Assembly (NCBI GenBank): GCA_964016885.1
Contig: OZ024741.1
Span: 95,790,001 to 95,854,000 of the forward strand
DNA from: Eledone cirrhosa
Taxonomy: Eukaryota
DNA length: 64,000 nt
Reading direction: 5' to 3'
Shown here: positions 40,526-54,023 of the stretch, in pieces
Layout: every line of letters begins with the position of its first letter
How positions within the stretch are numbered: position 1 is the stretch's first letter
The notes under the pieces: generated by a model
The model's input: the letters and a program-made list of their open reading frames with translations, nothing else
Told to the model about the DNA's origin: nothing
Databases searched by the model: none
Position numbers and translations under genes: made by a program

Positions 40526-41104
40526 TGTATTATGAGAGCTGACCAGACGGAAAATGCCGCACCATAAAACTAGCGCTCCTTTCCTCACAACAATTACATT
40601 TATATTACATTTAGGTTTAATTGTGTTGACGATTCATACCCACACTGGATTCCTACGATTCTTGATTTCCCCTTACGCTGCTTACACTCACGCCAACACA
40701 CACAACATGTATGCACATATGTATGCATTCATATATACATATATAAAATTGTAATAATATGTGATATTCAACAATATATATATAAGTACGCATGCACGCA
40801 TTATTATGTATTTGTACTGTTAAAATATACACAACAATAGTGAACATTGCCTAACACTTCTGTCTCTCACACACGTACACATTATATAGTTATATATATG
40901 CACACACACTCACATACACACCTTATACATACACACACACACACATATACATATATATATATATATATAATAAATATAATCTGAGTTTTTCGAATATTAA
41001 TGATAATATTCGATTCATTTGCAATTATGCAAACAGCCTCTTTTTTAAAAGCCATGTCAGTAGAATGAACCCTTCATTCTTGCTCTTGTGTTGGCATGTA
41101 AACA

Positions 41105-41154
41105 GAACTGCAGACACTAATGTTTCTGGGTATCACCCTTCATCAGTACAGTTC
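41105..41154 (-). ncRNA. Type I hammerhead ribozyme motif (family F)
   Basis: Minus strand GAACTGTA-CTGATGA-AGGGTGATACCCA-GAAA-CATTAGTG-TC-TGCAGTTC. Confidence 0.88.
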
Positions 41155-41218
41155 ACTGTTCACCTGTCAACTGTCAGAGCTAGTGAAAATATATGATATT
41201 TTCTAAAATATAGAATGA

Positions 41219-41325
41219 CTGATCGGCCTGATTTGCATATTAGCAGACTGGCTGATCAGTGAGATCTGCATATTAGCAGATGCACTGATCAGCCAGATTT
41301 GCATATCAGCAGACTGGCCAGTCAG
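41219..41325 (-). promoter_or_regulatory. Three 33-bp repeats carrying octamer (ATGCAAAT) motifs
   Basis: ATTTGCAT at 41231 and 41297, variant ATCTGCAT at 41264. Function is inferred only. Confidence 0.4.
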
Positions 41326-41475
41326 TTTCCTGTACACGAGCGATTAATGGCCGGCTTTGCCATATTCAAATAGAAAAAAAAAGATTTTCGCTCTACATGG
41401 CTGAATACAATAAATGTAATCTGAGTTTTTCGAATATTATGTGTGTGTGTATATATATATATATATACATACATA

Positions 41476-41512
<37 letters not shown>

Positions 41513-41514
41513 TT

Positions 41515-41560
<46 letters not shown>

Positions 41561-41595
41561 CATAAGATCAAAAAGATGGTTAAAAGAGTTCCATG

Positions 41596-41666
41596 TATTT
41601 TATTATGCGCATTTCAAAAACAAATATCATCATGCAATAACATTTGCGTTTTCGTCAGATAAAATA
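41596..41666 (-). ncRNA. Type I hammerhead motif (left arm)
   Basis: Reverse complement of 41765-41835, stem I fully Watson-Crick. Confidence 0.82.
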
Positions 41667-41764
41667 GGGAGACATGATATGAAGGTTAAAATACACTTGT
41701 GAATAGTGCAGTTTTAAATCAACACTATTCACAAGTGTATTTTAACCTTCATATCATGTCTCCC

Positions 41765-41835
41765 TATTTTATCTGACGAAAACGCAAATGTTATTGCATG
41801 ATGATATTTGTTTTTGAAATGCGCATAATAGAATA
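41765..41835 (+). ncRNA. Type I hammerhead motif (right arm)
   Basis: TATTTTAT-CTGACGA-..CAAATGTTATT..GATGATATTTG..-GAAA-TGCGCA-TA-ATAGAATA. Confidence 0.85.
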
Positions 41836-41957
41836 CATGGAACTCTTTTAACCATCTTTTGATCTTATGTATTATTTATACTCCAGTCCTACAAACTGTA
41901 GAGTGCTTCTTATCCGATATCTGCATTGCTTTATTGTACTACAATAAAACTCACCTC

Positions 41958-42066
<109 letters not shown>

Positions 42067-42109
42067 GATGCATACATACATATATATGGAATGTTGGAAT
42101 CCAGCCATT

Positions 42110-42420
42110 CTGGTGCACCTCTCTCCATTCGATTACTGATCCTAGGTTTTTAATTGCTTGATTAAGAGGGCTTCCTTAATTCTCAGCGTGCCTATACTGC
42201 GTTCAGTAGCTAGGATTGTGGTGGTAATCTTGTCCCGGATTACACATTTGATGATGTGATAGCGGAAGGAAGAGGAGTTGGTGTTAACATGCTCCTTAAT
42301 ACGGAGATGTAACGGTCGAATAGTGGTGCCTATATTTGGCGGGGACACCCTGTATATATAGATTGCACATGTTACGTTATAGCCTGTATACTACGTAGGT
42401 AGAATGAGTGTTGCGGATAG
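42110..42420 (-). pseudogene. PLE GIY-YIG endonuclease remnant (non-Neptune type)
   Basis: [35 protein letters not shown], interrupted by a CAGGGTGTCCC TIR fragment. Confidence 0.85.
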
Positions 42421-42553
42421 GGCAATTGGCTAGGGTGAATCCTAGTTTTTAAACCCGATTTAATGTTCTTCCTAACGCATTGTTTGGTTTTCAAAATTAT
42501 TTAAATTTGTGTTTCCTATTCAACAATGCTTCAAGCAAGCTACAAAACACTGA

Positions 42554-42624
<71 letters not shown>

Positions 42625-42674
42625 CTTCCCAATAATCGTCTCTTTCTCCCTCAAGCGACTTAAAGAAATTTACC

Positions 42675-42737
<63 letters not shown>

Positions 42738-43358
42738 CGTACATATATATATATATATATACATACATACATACGTACATACGTACATACGTACATACGT
42801 ACATACATACATGCAAAACATTCTTGCGATTCAAGGGATGACAATTTCTTTTCTTTTACAACCTTGCCACCAGGAAGGTGGCCGGTCAAAAAAATATACT
42901 CGAAATTAAGAGAAAGAGAAAACATACACACATACATACATACATACATACATACATACATACATACATACACACATACATACACACACACATACATACA
43001 TACATATTTACATATATATATATATATATACACACTCACTCGCGCCATATATTCAAATGAGTTTTCTCACGTAAACCTTTCACGTTATTTTCCACCGATA
43101 TGATATCGCGTACCGCACATACTTCAAGTATACATAGTATGGATATTATATGATTATATACACCTTAAAAATATAACAGTGCCGCATCGTGACAATATCT
43201 AGTGATATATCACCTCCATTAAATGAGATAGTATCACGTGACTAATGTGAAAATCAAGTTTCTACAGGTGAGTCATGAATTGTTGTAAAGTGATCCATAA
43301 TCTCCGAAGATAGATTTAATATTATACATACGTACGTATATACATTCCCCCATATATA

Positions 43359-43411
<53 letters not shown>

Positions 43412-43416
<5 letters not shown>

Positions 43417-43516
43417 GGTGCCCCCCCCCCCCATATATACACACTTCAACAGCATTCTAATAAATATTGTCTGACAGGTAATCAAAGTGTGTATACATTT
43501 TTTGGGACACCCTGTA
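43412..43516. mobile_element. ~100-bp Tc1/mariner-type MITE
   Basis: TA-CAGGGTG..ATACACACTT / AAGTGTGTATAC..GGGACACCCTG-TA. Second copy at 53734-53835. Confidence 0.8.
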
Positions 43517-43604
43517 TATGTACGTATGCATGTATGTATGTATGTATGTATGTATGTATGTATGTATGTATGTATGTATGTATGTATGTATGTATGTGTA
43601 TGTA

Positions 43605-43659
<55 letters not shown>

Positions 43660-43674
43660 CATAGATAGATATAC

Positions 43675-43772
<98 letters not shown>

Positions 43773-43797
43773 ATATATATGTATATATTTATATAAG

Positions 43798-43830
<33 letters not shown>

Positions 43831-44403
43831 GTACACATGCGTGTACAAATATACACGTAACAACGTTAAATACGTGTGTCAGATGATAGTACATATGATA
43901 TTTTAATTACATGTTACACACTTACACATACATACACAATACACGCACATTCACATATTCTCATACACATATTAACCACACATATACACACTGGATACAA
44001 AGCACTATACGTATGTTGTCCCTACAGCCAAATCTCTTACAAAAAACATGGTATCTTAAAGGTTATTATCGACTGAATCGGTGGTTCCGAAACTGGTCGG
44101 AGGAACTAAACCTCGGGTCGGACACGTGGCCCGATGACTACAGAGTGGTCATCACTAAGGACAGCCTAGGGTTAGGTGATGGTGTTAAACTGGGTGGTGT
44201 ATTAAGCTAATTATCACTCTCTTGATGTGTACATCTTTGATCATTGGTCTGTTCAAAACAGAATGGACCTAGAGCTAAAAAAACAAGAACAGCACACATA
44301 TATGCAAACACACAAACGCACATACATACATACATATATACATACATATATATGAATAAATAAATATATATTTATAAATACACATACATACCTACATACA
44401 TAT

Positions 44404-44510
<107 letters not shown>

Positions 44511-44545
44511 TATATATATATGTCTATATTTATTAATATTTTGAA

Positions 44546-44624
<79 letters not shown>

Positions 44625-45540
44625 ATATATATATATGCACACACACACAAGCTAATTCCTATATATTGTTATTAGGCTTGTCTCTTGAGTGCTTTCAATA
44701 GAAACCGTACGCACGCACACATAAATGTATACTCATACACGTTCACACACATATACTCGTATATATAAGCATCTTACTCAGCGTTAAATAACTGTGTCAT
44801 TGCACACAAGGTATTTTAATTATATGTCTTACATACTCATAGAATTGCGTCCGCACACATCTACACCACATAAACACATACACTCATATACACATATCTT
44901 TGTTATTCAATAAATTTTCTCATGTTGAGAGATGTTCTTATATATGTGGCTATACAGAGAAACACACACAAATATGTGTGCGCAATATATATTGAAATTT
45001 CCTTCAATTAAATATTCAATTTTCAGAGAAGTTCTTATATCTGTGCCTGCATATACGCACCTATTTATATGTATATATATATTCACACATAAGGCAAAAC
45101 ACACAGCCAGATTTGCACACAAACAGCGATACAAAAACACCACGCATACATACAAACATGTGCACACACACACACACACACACACAAACGGGTATGTGTA
45201 ATTTCCTATGAATCTGTATAAAGAAACATATTACTATAGCAACGTTGTATGTCAACCAGGATATAGACTATAGCTGGAATAATCAGTCACAATTTGTATG
45301 GCGTATATAAATTTGGCCACGTATTTGATAAAATAATAACTATTTACACAGAACACAACGTCTAGTAGAAGATTTAAAGTAAACTAAATCACTACAGACT
45401 TTTAATTAGAATACTTCGATGAGTAAGCAATGAAGTGTAAACACTTTCAAGCATTCATCACGACACAGAAAAATACGAGATTACTTTTTTGCACTACGGA
45501 AATAATAAAACTACTCTCATGATGTCGTATTGTCGTATAC

Positions 45541-45592
<52 letters not shown>

Positions 45593-45596
45593 ATAT

Positions 45597-45781
45597 AAGT
45601 AGTTCCACAACAGTTAGTTCACCATACCGAGAACAAATGTTTCACCTTATTTGGATCCTCAGCTAGGTCTAAATCTGTTCTCGGTATGGTGAACTAACTG
45701 TTGTGGAACTACTTCTACCAAACTCATCCCATGGACTGAGTATTCTACTACTACGGATATAACCCACCAGTGTTCTACTAT
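45597..45781. mobile_element. Family C fold-back element, short-apex copy (HHR at 45628-45666, minus strand)
   Basis: Arms 45597-45635 / 45676-45714 and the same tail as 34016-34080. Confidence 0.85.
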
Positions 45782-45787
45782 TATATA

Positions 45788-45885
<98 letters not shown>

Positions 45886-46459
45886 AGTAAAGTATAAGTT
45901 ATAAGTTTGAAAGGTAAAAAAACGAAGGTAGGGTTGGGATGGGAGGGGGGCTCGGGGGAATATGTTTAATGTTTAATGTCGATTTCGTTGTCTTATGGGA
46001 TCCTCGTTCAGGGGGACGAACTGGTCTATATGACTTGTAAGTTGCATAGTTTTTGTGCATGCAATTCGGGCAGTCTATTGAGTAAGGATCCTTTGGCGAA
46101 TAGTATTTCGTAACTCTCGGAAATACAAAGGTCACAACAATTATGGCCTCCTGTGTAAGACCGCGCTCTCTGGATTAGTTTCCATTTGAGCGTAAAGGGG
46201 ATGGAGTTCCTTTTTAGGTCCCAGACATGGGCGGCGAGTGTTGTTTGGTTGGACTTGTCCGGGCAGTAGGTTATTTGTTATTAATACATAGAACATCTCA
46301 ATGACTCAATAAAGATATTGTTAAAAATACCTAATTCAGAGAAGAGTATACATATAGAATAATTTATACAAGGAGACCGATGGAAACTTCAGTAAGGGAA
46401 AAGGTGATAGTGAAGCTTTCCTGTTTTAGTTTGCTTTACTAGGAATCTAGTAAAACAAA

Positions 46460-47065
46460 CTTCAAGCAAGGAATCGGAGATAGAAATCCACTGGGTGAGG
46501 TTGGCTTCATCCAATTCATGGGGAACCCAAACATCGAGCCTGTTGACGTAACCAAGTTTATGTAGAAAGTTTTTCAACTCTTGATTTGGATATCTGGAGA
46601 TTATCTGCAATCTCTCTGGTTGTACGACGGGAGTTAGTGTCGACTAATTCCTTCACTTGGCCGCTGTTAATTACATTTGGCCGTCCAGAGCGAGGTGCAT
46701 CATGAATCGAAAAATGTTCCGATCGAAATCTTGAAAACCACTTTTGGTATACACATTCTGTAACAGAATCGTCTCTCAAACATCGCATATGTTCCTGCAA
46801 GTTTCTGACGCTTTCTTACCTTTTTTTAAAATAAAAAAAGCAAGCATGGTGTGTCGATAATATTCATTTTGGTTTTCCAATTTGAGGGTTAAGATAAACG
46901 CACAAAATATTATCAATGTAGTCGGAGTTTCGCTAAGAACTACTGTGAATTATCAAGTATTTAATTATTGCATACTCGGAAGGAAAAATGTAAAGCTAGC
47001 AACTATAAGTGCGCCTGAAGTTTAGTGTTGGCAAAAACCGAACGGACTTTTTGGTCAACCCAATA
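46460..47065 (-). mobile_element. Mariner transposon 5' remnant (TIR plus N-terminal transposase, frameshifted)
   Basis: TIR TATTGGGTTGACCAAAAAGTCCGTTCGGTTTT. QKWFSRFRS..DAPRSGRP..TTREIA and WVPHEL motifs. Confidence 0.92.
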
Positions 47066-47244
47066 GTAATTATTTTAGTTATTGCTCGCATTGATTTTGA
47101 GGTATCTGGTCTTTAATGCGAAGAAATACCGATGATAGTCAGAAGATCACTGATAATGGACAGTCCCGTTTCTAGCTCTATTTTTCATTCATATGTATCA
47201 CACTCGCAACAACGCAGCACGCCATTTTTTCATTCATTTTTTCA

Positions 47245-47695
47245 TTCATGTCCTTAGAATTATTAGATAAAATATATACCATTTCCTCTTCCAATTAGCA
47301 TAATTAACCAGGTAAAAAATCAATTAGACCAGGCTATAAGAATAACGGCTCCTATGAAGAAATTTTCGACAAATAACCGAAAGCGGCCTCTTCGCGGTGA
47401 CCCCAATAGAGTATTTATCCAACATTTCAACAGCATGTAGAAACTGACTAAATATACCGTCAACCATACACAATTAGGTGTAAATTTAAACTTAGAAGAA
47501 ACGCGTACATACCGTAATTATATCTCTACCATGGTTTCGTCCGTATTTTTAGATTTCCTATTGTTAGGATGTATCCAGAGTAACAGACTCCCAGGAGAAA
47601 ACTCAAGATTGGACAGTTAATTTTCCAAAGCGATCGCGCCAAAAATAGATTAAAAATTGGCTAAGAATCGTGACGTGGCAGTGGTCAAGTTAGAA
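47245..47695 (-). mobile_element. Family E second copy with degenerate HHR (47523-47598)
   Basis: Minus strand TCTC-CTGGGA-GTCTG..CGGAC-GAAA-CCATGG-TA-GAGA. Confidence 0.75.
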
Positions 47696-47779
47696 AGAAT
47701 GTGATTAGTTGCTTACGGCGGGTAGGCTTGTTGCTAGAAAGCGCAGCCCAATATCGCCCAATATATATATATCAACTTC

Positions 47780-48275
47780 TCTTATGGCTTCCATCATTTT
47801 TTCTTCTCTTTCTTCCTAGCACTTCTAAAGCTGTTTCATGATGTGTTTCCTTGATGTTGTCTGTTAAGTAGTTAATATCTTATTCTAGAAGGTTAAGGTC
47901 TGCATATCTGATATCTACATTTGTCTTACACATTGCTGCAACACTAGGATCTCTTGGGTCCCATTTTTTGGATCTTTTTCTGTTTAAGATTTAGTGTCAT
48001 CAAAAACAGATCATGATCACTATTGAAATATGCATCAGGGAAGGTATTAGTCCTTGCCTTATTGATACTGGACTTGAAGAATGAAGTCAATTTGGTTGTG
48101 AGTCCTGCCATTTAGTGCATGCTATTTGTTCTCCGTTAGGTCCTGTGTTGGAAGAGTATGTTGGCTAGGATCAGCTTGTGCGTGCTGGCAAATTGTAGGA
48201 GGCGGAGTCCATGATCATTTGTTTCTCCAATTCTAAATCTTCCCACTGACTCAACCCAATCGTTTCTCACTCCTG
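47780..48275 (-). pseudogene. LINE (RTE-like) AP-endonuclease fragment
   Basis: VGRFRIGETNDHGLRLLQFASTHKLILANILFQH..TFPDAYFNSDHDL. Confidence 0.85.
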
Positions 48276-48416
48276 GCGAGCTAGCCATGCGTAGAAATAT
48301 CCAAGGTATAGAGATACTCAAATCCGCAGGACAAGTTTTAATATAATTATAGTTGAAATTGCATAGTTATTTAAATTTATGTTTCCTATTCAACAATGCT
48401 TCAAGCAAGCTACAAC

Positions 48417-48490
<74 letters not shown>

Positions 48491-48729
48491 ACAGGTAGAA
48501 AGAGACGATTATTAGGAAGAAAAATATTTTTTTTTCCTTTTTTTCTCTCTCTCTTTTTTCTGGGTTAGAAAATGATTAGAACGAAATGTTTTACTTTGAG
48601 TATGTATATATATATTTGTGTGTATATATATATATATATATATATTAGTATTGGTGCTCTGAAATAGCGATGTATATATGGATGTATGTGTAGTATATTT
48701 GATAATATACTGTATGATTAATTAAAAAC

Positions 48730-48946
48730 ATTTTGAAGACCATTAGCTATGAATTTAAAGTTGAATATGTCACTACCCGGCAAAAACAAAGGGGAGTAAT
48801 CGACAGTCTTGTTTCTCACTCGTTAGCGGTTATCAAGACTACTCATCCCTTCACTTCTGCCGATAATTATAGCAGCTTTGTTTTTACCGAGAATAAGTAA
48901 GTGACATAGTCACTACTTTAAATTCATAGCAAATGGTCTTCAAAAT
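48730..48946. mobile_element. Fold-back element with an HHR in the spacer
   Basis: Imperfect arms 48730-48791 / 48876-48946. Confidence 0.8.
48794..48844 (-). ncRNA. Type I hammerhead motif, U3-A8 core variant
   Basis: Minus strand GAGTAGTC-TTGATAA-CCGCT-AACG-AGTGA-GAAA-CAAGACTG-TC-GATTACTC. Confidence 0.8.
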
Positions 48947-49008
48947 TCATATATATTACTCTTTTACTCTTTTACCTGTTCCAGCCATCCGACTGAGACC
49001 ATGGTGGG

Positions 49009-49096
<88 letters not shown>

Positions 49097-49115
49097 ATAT
49101 ATCTATATATATATA

Positions 49116-49151
<36 letters not shown>

Positions 49152-49411
49152 CTAATTTAAAGTATCATGACATATATAAAATGTATGATGAATATGTTTC
49201 TCAATGAACTTTTGTCCAGAATATCAATAATTCAACGCGGTTCTAGGAACTGTGAAACAGCGCCGTAAGGAATATAATAACTTTCCCACATTGAAGAACA
49301 TAATGTTTCTTAAATATTATATGCTTTTTATATACACGTACAAAATACTATGAGTTACTATAAGTTTAAAGATATATGGTTATATACTTTTTTTTTTAAA
49401 CTTTGAATTAA

Positions 49412-49447
<36 letters not shown>

Positions 49448-49629
49448 TATATATACATATATATAAATATATATACATATATATAAATATACATACATTT
49501 ATATACACACACACATATATCATTATCTATGACTTCCATGCATGTCATAGGGTTAATCATAGTACACATATATAACTACTTCCTGTGTATGTATATATAT
49601 ATACATACATAGACACGCGCATGTGTATA

Positions 49630-49642
49630 GCAGTAGTGGTTA

Positions 49643-49680
<38 letters not shown>

Positions 49681-49734
49681 ATAATAGTAGTAGTAGAAGT
49701 AGTAGTAGTAGTAGTAGAAGTAGAAGTAGTAGTA

Positions 49735-49798
<64 letters not shown>

Positions 49799-49833
49799 AA
49801 GTAGTAGTAATAGTAGCAGCAACAGCAGTAGTT

Positions 49834-49867
<34 letters not shown>

Positions 49868-49940
49868 AAGCAGTAGTAGTAGTAGTAGAAGTAGTAGTAG
49901 TAGTTGTTGTTGTAGTAGTAGTAGTAGTAGTAGTAGTAGT
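49630..49940. repeat. (AGT)n-dominated microsatellite
   Basis: Directly visible in the sequence. Confidence 0.95.
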
Positions 49941-50146
49941 GTTATGACTGAACACATCTACGTAACAATATGCGCACACAAATATAGACACACGAATAAG
50001 TGTGTGTATGTATGTATATTGTGTGTATCTATAATCATATATAGGTGTGTATATAGTTGCCCTATATAGACTTTGTTTATTATTGTTTCTCTTTGCCCCT
50101 CTCTCCTTCTCCACCCTCACTCTTTTAATATATATTTATATATATA

Positions 50147-50230
<84 letters not shown>

Positions 50231-50259
50231 TGTGTATTATATCAGATGCAGCATCAATC

Positions 50260-50422
50260 AACGGCCCTTTATGATCTGAGTTCAAATCCCGCCGAGGTTA
50301 ACTTTACCTTTCATCCTTACGGGGTCGATAAAATAAAGTACCAGTCACGCACTGGGGTCGATTTAATCGACTTTCCCCTCCCCCCAAATTTGCTGGCCTT
50401 GTGCCTATATAAGAAACCATTA
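50260..50422 (+). mobile_element. SINE copy
   Basis: Same SINE consensus as the other copies. Confidence 0.9.
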
Positions 50423-50685
50423 TCTTGACTGGAATCCATAGCTCGTTCTTTTATTGAGAAACATATTACATACGCACACCCACAGACAAGCACACACACA
50501 CACACATGCACACACACGAGCACACACACTCACAGAGAAGCACACACACACATGCACACACACGAGCACACACACTCACAGAGAAGCACACACACACACC
50601 CACACTGACCCCCCCACACACACACTGGCACACAAACACACACACACACACACACAGACACACCAACAGACAAGCACACTCTGAC

Positions 50686-50728
<43 letters not shown>

Positions 50729-51292
50729 AACACACAGACAAGCACACACTAACACACACACGCATACTCACACACAGAGACACACACACACGCATACTCA
50801 CACACACAGACACACACACAGACAGACTAACACAGACAGACACACACACACACAGACAAGCACACACACACACACAGACAAGCACACACACACGCACACA
50901 CATGTATATATACACACACACAGACAAACGCACAGACACACAAATACACAAACACACACACACAAATACACTCTCACAGTCACACTGACGTACAGATGCA
51001 ATAGAGGTATTCGCTCACTTACACTAAATACAAGAATAACATATACACCGAAATAAACTTACATACTAAGTCATTGCATTGAATACTCCCCCGCCCCCCA
51101 CACACATATATATATATATATACATATCTTGTTCCTATCAATCAAATATATTTTACCAACTTGGGTATAAAAAGGGCACAAACATACTGTTTGACCCCCG
51201 CAACCTAACTCATAGCAAGTGAACACTGCGGAACTATACTCTCTCTCACACATATACACGCATAGCATAATAAATGCATAATATATAGACAC

Positions 51293-51351
<59 letters not shown>

Positions 51352-51492
51352 TATATATATGCAAACAAGAGAAATATATCACAAAACATAACGCAGACTA
51401 TATGTATTTATATATGTTTATATATATTCATATATATTTATCAGCCGCGAAGCTTCAGAGCGTGGAGTTTCATGCCAATGAACCTATCAAAC

Positions 51493-51539
51493 TTGTTTGA
51501 TAGGTACAGTGGTACGAAACTCGGACCGTTGAGTCATGG
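51493..51539 (+). ncRNA. Hammerhead-like motif (TTGATAG core) inside a small fold-back (51465-51522)
   Basis: TTGT-TTGATAG-GTAC-AGTG-GTAC-GAAA-CTC..GAG-TC-ATGG. Confidence 0.55.
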
Positions 51540-51553
51540 CAGTTTATCGGTTA

Positions 51554-51685
<132 letters not shown>

Positions 51686-51708
51686 GTATTTATATATACG
51701 TATCTATA

Positions 51709-51740
<32 letters not shown>

Positions 51741-51741
51741 C

Positions 51742-51822
<81 letters not shown>

Positions 51823-51865
51823 TATATATATAAATATACATATATACGTATATATATATATATAT

Positions 51866-51924
<59 letters not shown>

Positions 51925-51965
51925 TATATGTGTGTGTATGTATGTATGTATATATATCTCCGATA

Positions 51966-52016
51966 TTAAACCAGCTTTCTAAATAGCTTGGCAAGCTATT
52001 TAGAACGCTGGTTTAA
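51966..52016. repeat. 51-bp near-perfect palindrome
   Basis: TTAAACCAGCTTTCTAAATAGCTTG-G-CAAGCTATTTAGAACGCTGGTTTAA. Confidence 0.85.
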
Positions 52017-52228
52017 CCGCTTTACTTCTCTCCGAAGAAGAGATATTATCTCAAAAATTAAGGACATTTAAATAAATTTAAGGTAAAAGACTAATTGTCA
52101 ACAATATATTTTGCATTAGCATTTATATTCTATGTCCATACCTGCATTGTTTTGGCTTTTCAAATACAAACGTCTATACCTCATTACACAATGCTTCAAG
52201 TGAACTATAACTTCCTCCCTTCATATAT

Positions 52229-53151
52229 ATTTTGTTATACTTGGGGAGGGTCATATTGTTGTAATAATATTGCCAGAATTAATAACAGAACACACTCACT
52301 GTCAAAAATACAGATATAATATAGACACAAACACATATATATAGTCTAACAAAGTTCTTTCGTGGCACATCTGCAACATGGTCAGTGGTGCTATTATGTT
52401 TCCTCCTTTTGTATTGTATTTCTACGCCATCTTTATTTAATCTGTTTATTTATGTATGTCGCCTATGTATGTTGTTGTCATGTTTCTGCAAGTACCCTCT
52501 GTACATCTTATGCTATAGACTACGTTTCTAGTTTTACAGTTTATCCGGGAGTTTACTTTACATATAATACATTTCCTATTAGTACCCTTTTAAGAAAACC
52601 CACTGTACTAATAGGAAATGTATCATATGTAAGGTGAATCCCCGGATAAACTGTAAAACTAGAAACGTAGTCTATAGCATAAGATGTACAGAGGGTACTT
52701 GCAGAAACATGACAACAACATACATAGGTGAGACAGCTCGTAGCATAGGTGAAAGGATAGACCAACACTGGGGGGAACTAAAAGAACGAAAAAAGGGTTC
52801 AGTACTATACGAACACGCATGCGCAGAGAAGAAGACAAAAATAAATAAATAAATAAACAGATTAAATAAAGATGGAGTAGACATACAATACAACAGGAGG
52901 AAACATAATAGCACCACTGACCATGTTGCAAATGTGCAACGAAAGAACTTTGTTAGACTATATATGTGTTTGTGTCTATATTATATCTGTATTTTTGACC
53001 ATTGGTCAGGCAATGGTAAACATTGAGGACCGAATAAATTAACTGATATAAAAGATACATAAGCAAAAACCAACCAAACAGTGAGTGTGTTCTGTTATTA
53101 ATTCTGGCGATATTATTACAACAATATGACCCTCCCCAAGTATAACAATAT
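52229..53151. mobile_element. ~0.9-kb fold-back of a deleted PLE (apex ~52586-52604)
   Basis: Left arm is the reverse complement of the right arm minus two blocks. HHR-like CTGACCA-TGTTGCA-AATG-TGCAAC-GAAA at 52915-52952, mirrored at 52350-52387. Confidence 0.88.
52604..52830 (+). pseudogene. PLE Cys-rich linker plus GIY-YIG fragment
   Basis: CTNRKCIIC..NCKTRNVVYSIRCTEGTC..YIGETARSIGERIDQH..SVLYEH. Confidence 0.9.
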
Positions 53152-53556
53152 TTGTTTCGACACACGATTTCGTATCAAAAACCTCGCAAAACAAATATAT
53201 ATATATATAAATAAAGAAAAAATATTTTTCTTTCGTGGTTATATGTTTATATGCAATAAATATATACTATGCTTATTGTATATAATAGTCTAATCCCAAT
53301 TATGACTAGCCTGTATCCCAATTATGACGCACTGTATGCAAATGAGCATATCCAGGCGATGTTTTCTATTTCTGTTTGCTATATGCAAATGATCTTCCCC
53401 AGCAAATGTTATTTTGTAAAATCTATATAGGCTCTAGTTTATTTTCATTTACTATTTGCGTGAATGTCACTGCTGAGATTAACGAAAAATGTTTTCTTTG
53501 ATAGCAAAGCTCACACATATTTATTGTATATATACATGGTACATGCTCTCATATAC

Positions 53557-53642
<86 letters not shown>

Positions 53643-53733
53643 TATATATTCATATATATTCATATATATAATGTTAATTCCATAGCATATTAGCAAACCT
53701 TGTTATATATACATATATATATATATTTATATA

Positions 53734-53833
53734 TAGCGTGTCCCAAAAATGTATACACACTTCAACAGTATTCGAATAAATATTGCCTGTACAAGTAATC
53801 AAAGTGTGTATATATTATTTTGAGGACACCCTG

Positions 53834-53835
<2 letters not shown>
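53734..53835. mobile_element. ~100-bp Tc1/mariner-type MITE, second copy
   Basis: Homologue of 43412-43516. Confidence 0.8.
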
Positions 53836-53909
<74 letters not shown>

Positions 53910-53982
53910 AATACACACACACACACACTGACACGTATATATATATATATATATATAAATATATATATATATCCGTATATAT

Positions 53983-54021
<39 letters not shown>

Positions 54022-54023
<2 letters not shown>

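Larger units (their letters stand above)
40969..41439 (-). mobile_element. Family F 440-nt unit with direct terminal redundancy (retrozyme-like)
   Basis: TAATCTGAGTTTTTCGAATATTA at 40977 and 41417. One HHR and no ORF. Confidence 0.8.

Noticed and set aside
44070-44105. CTGAATC..CCGAAACTGGTC HHR-like string
   Set aside because: The core does not match and the stems are not convincing.
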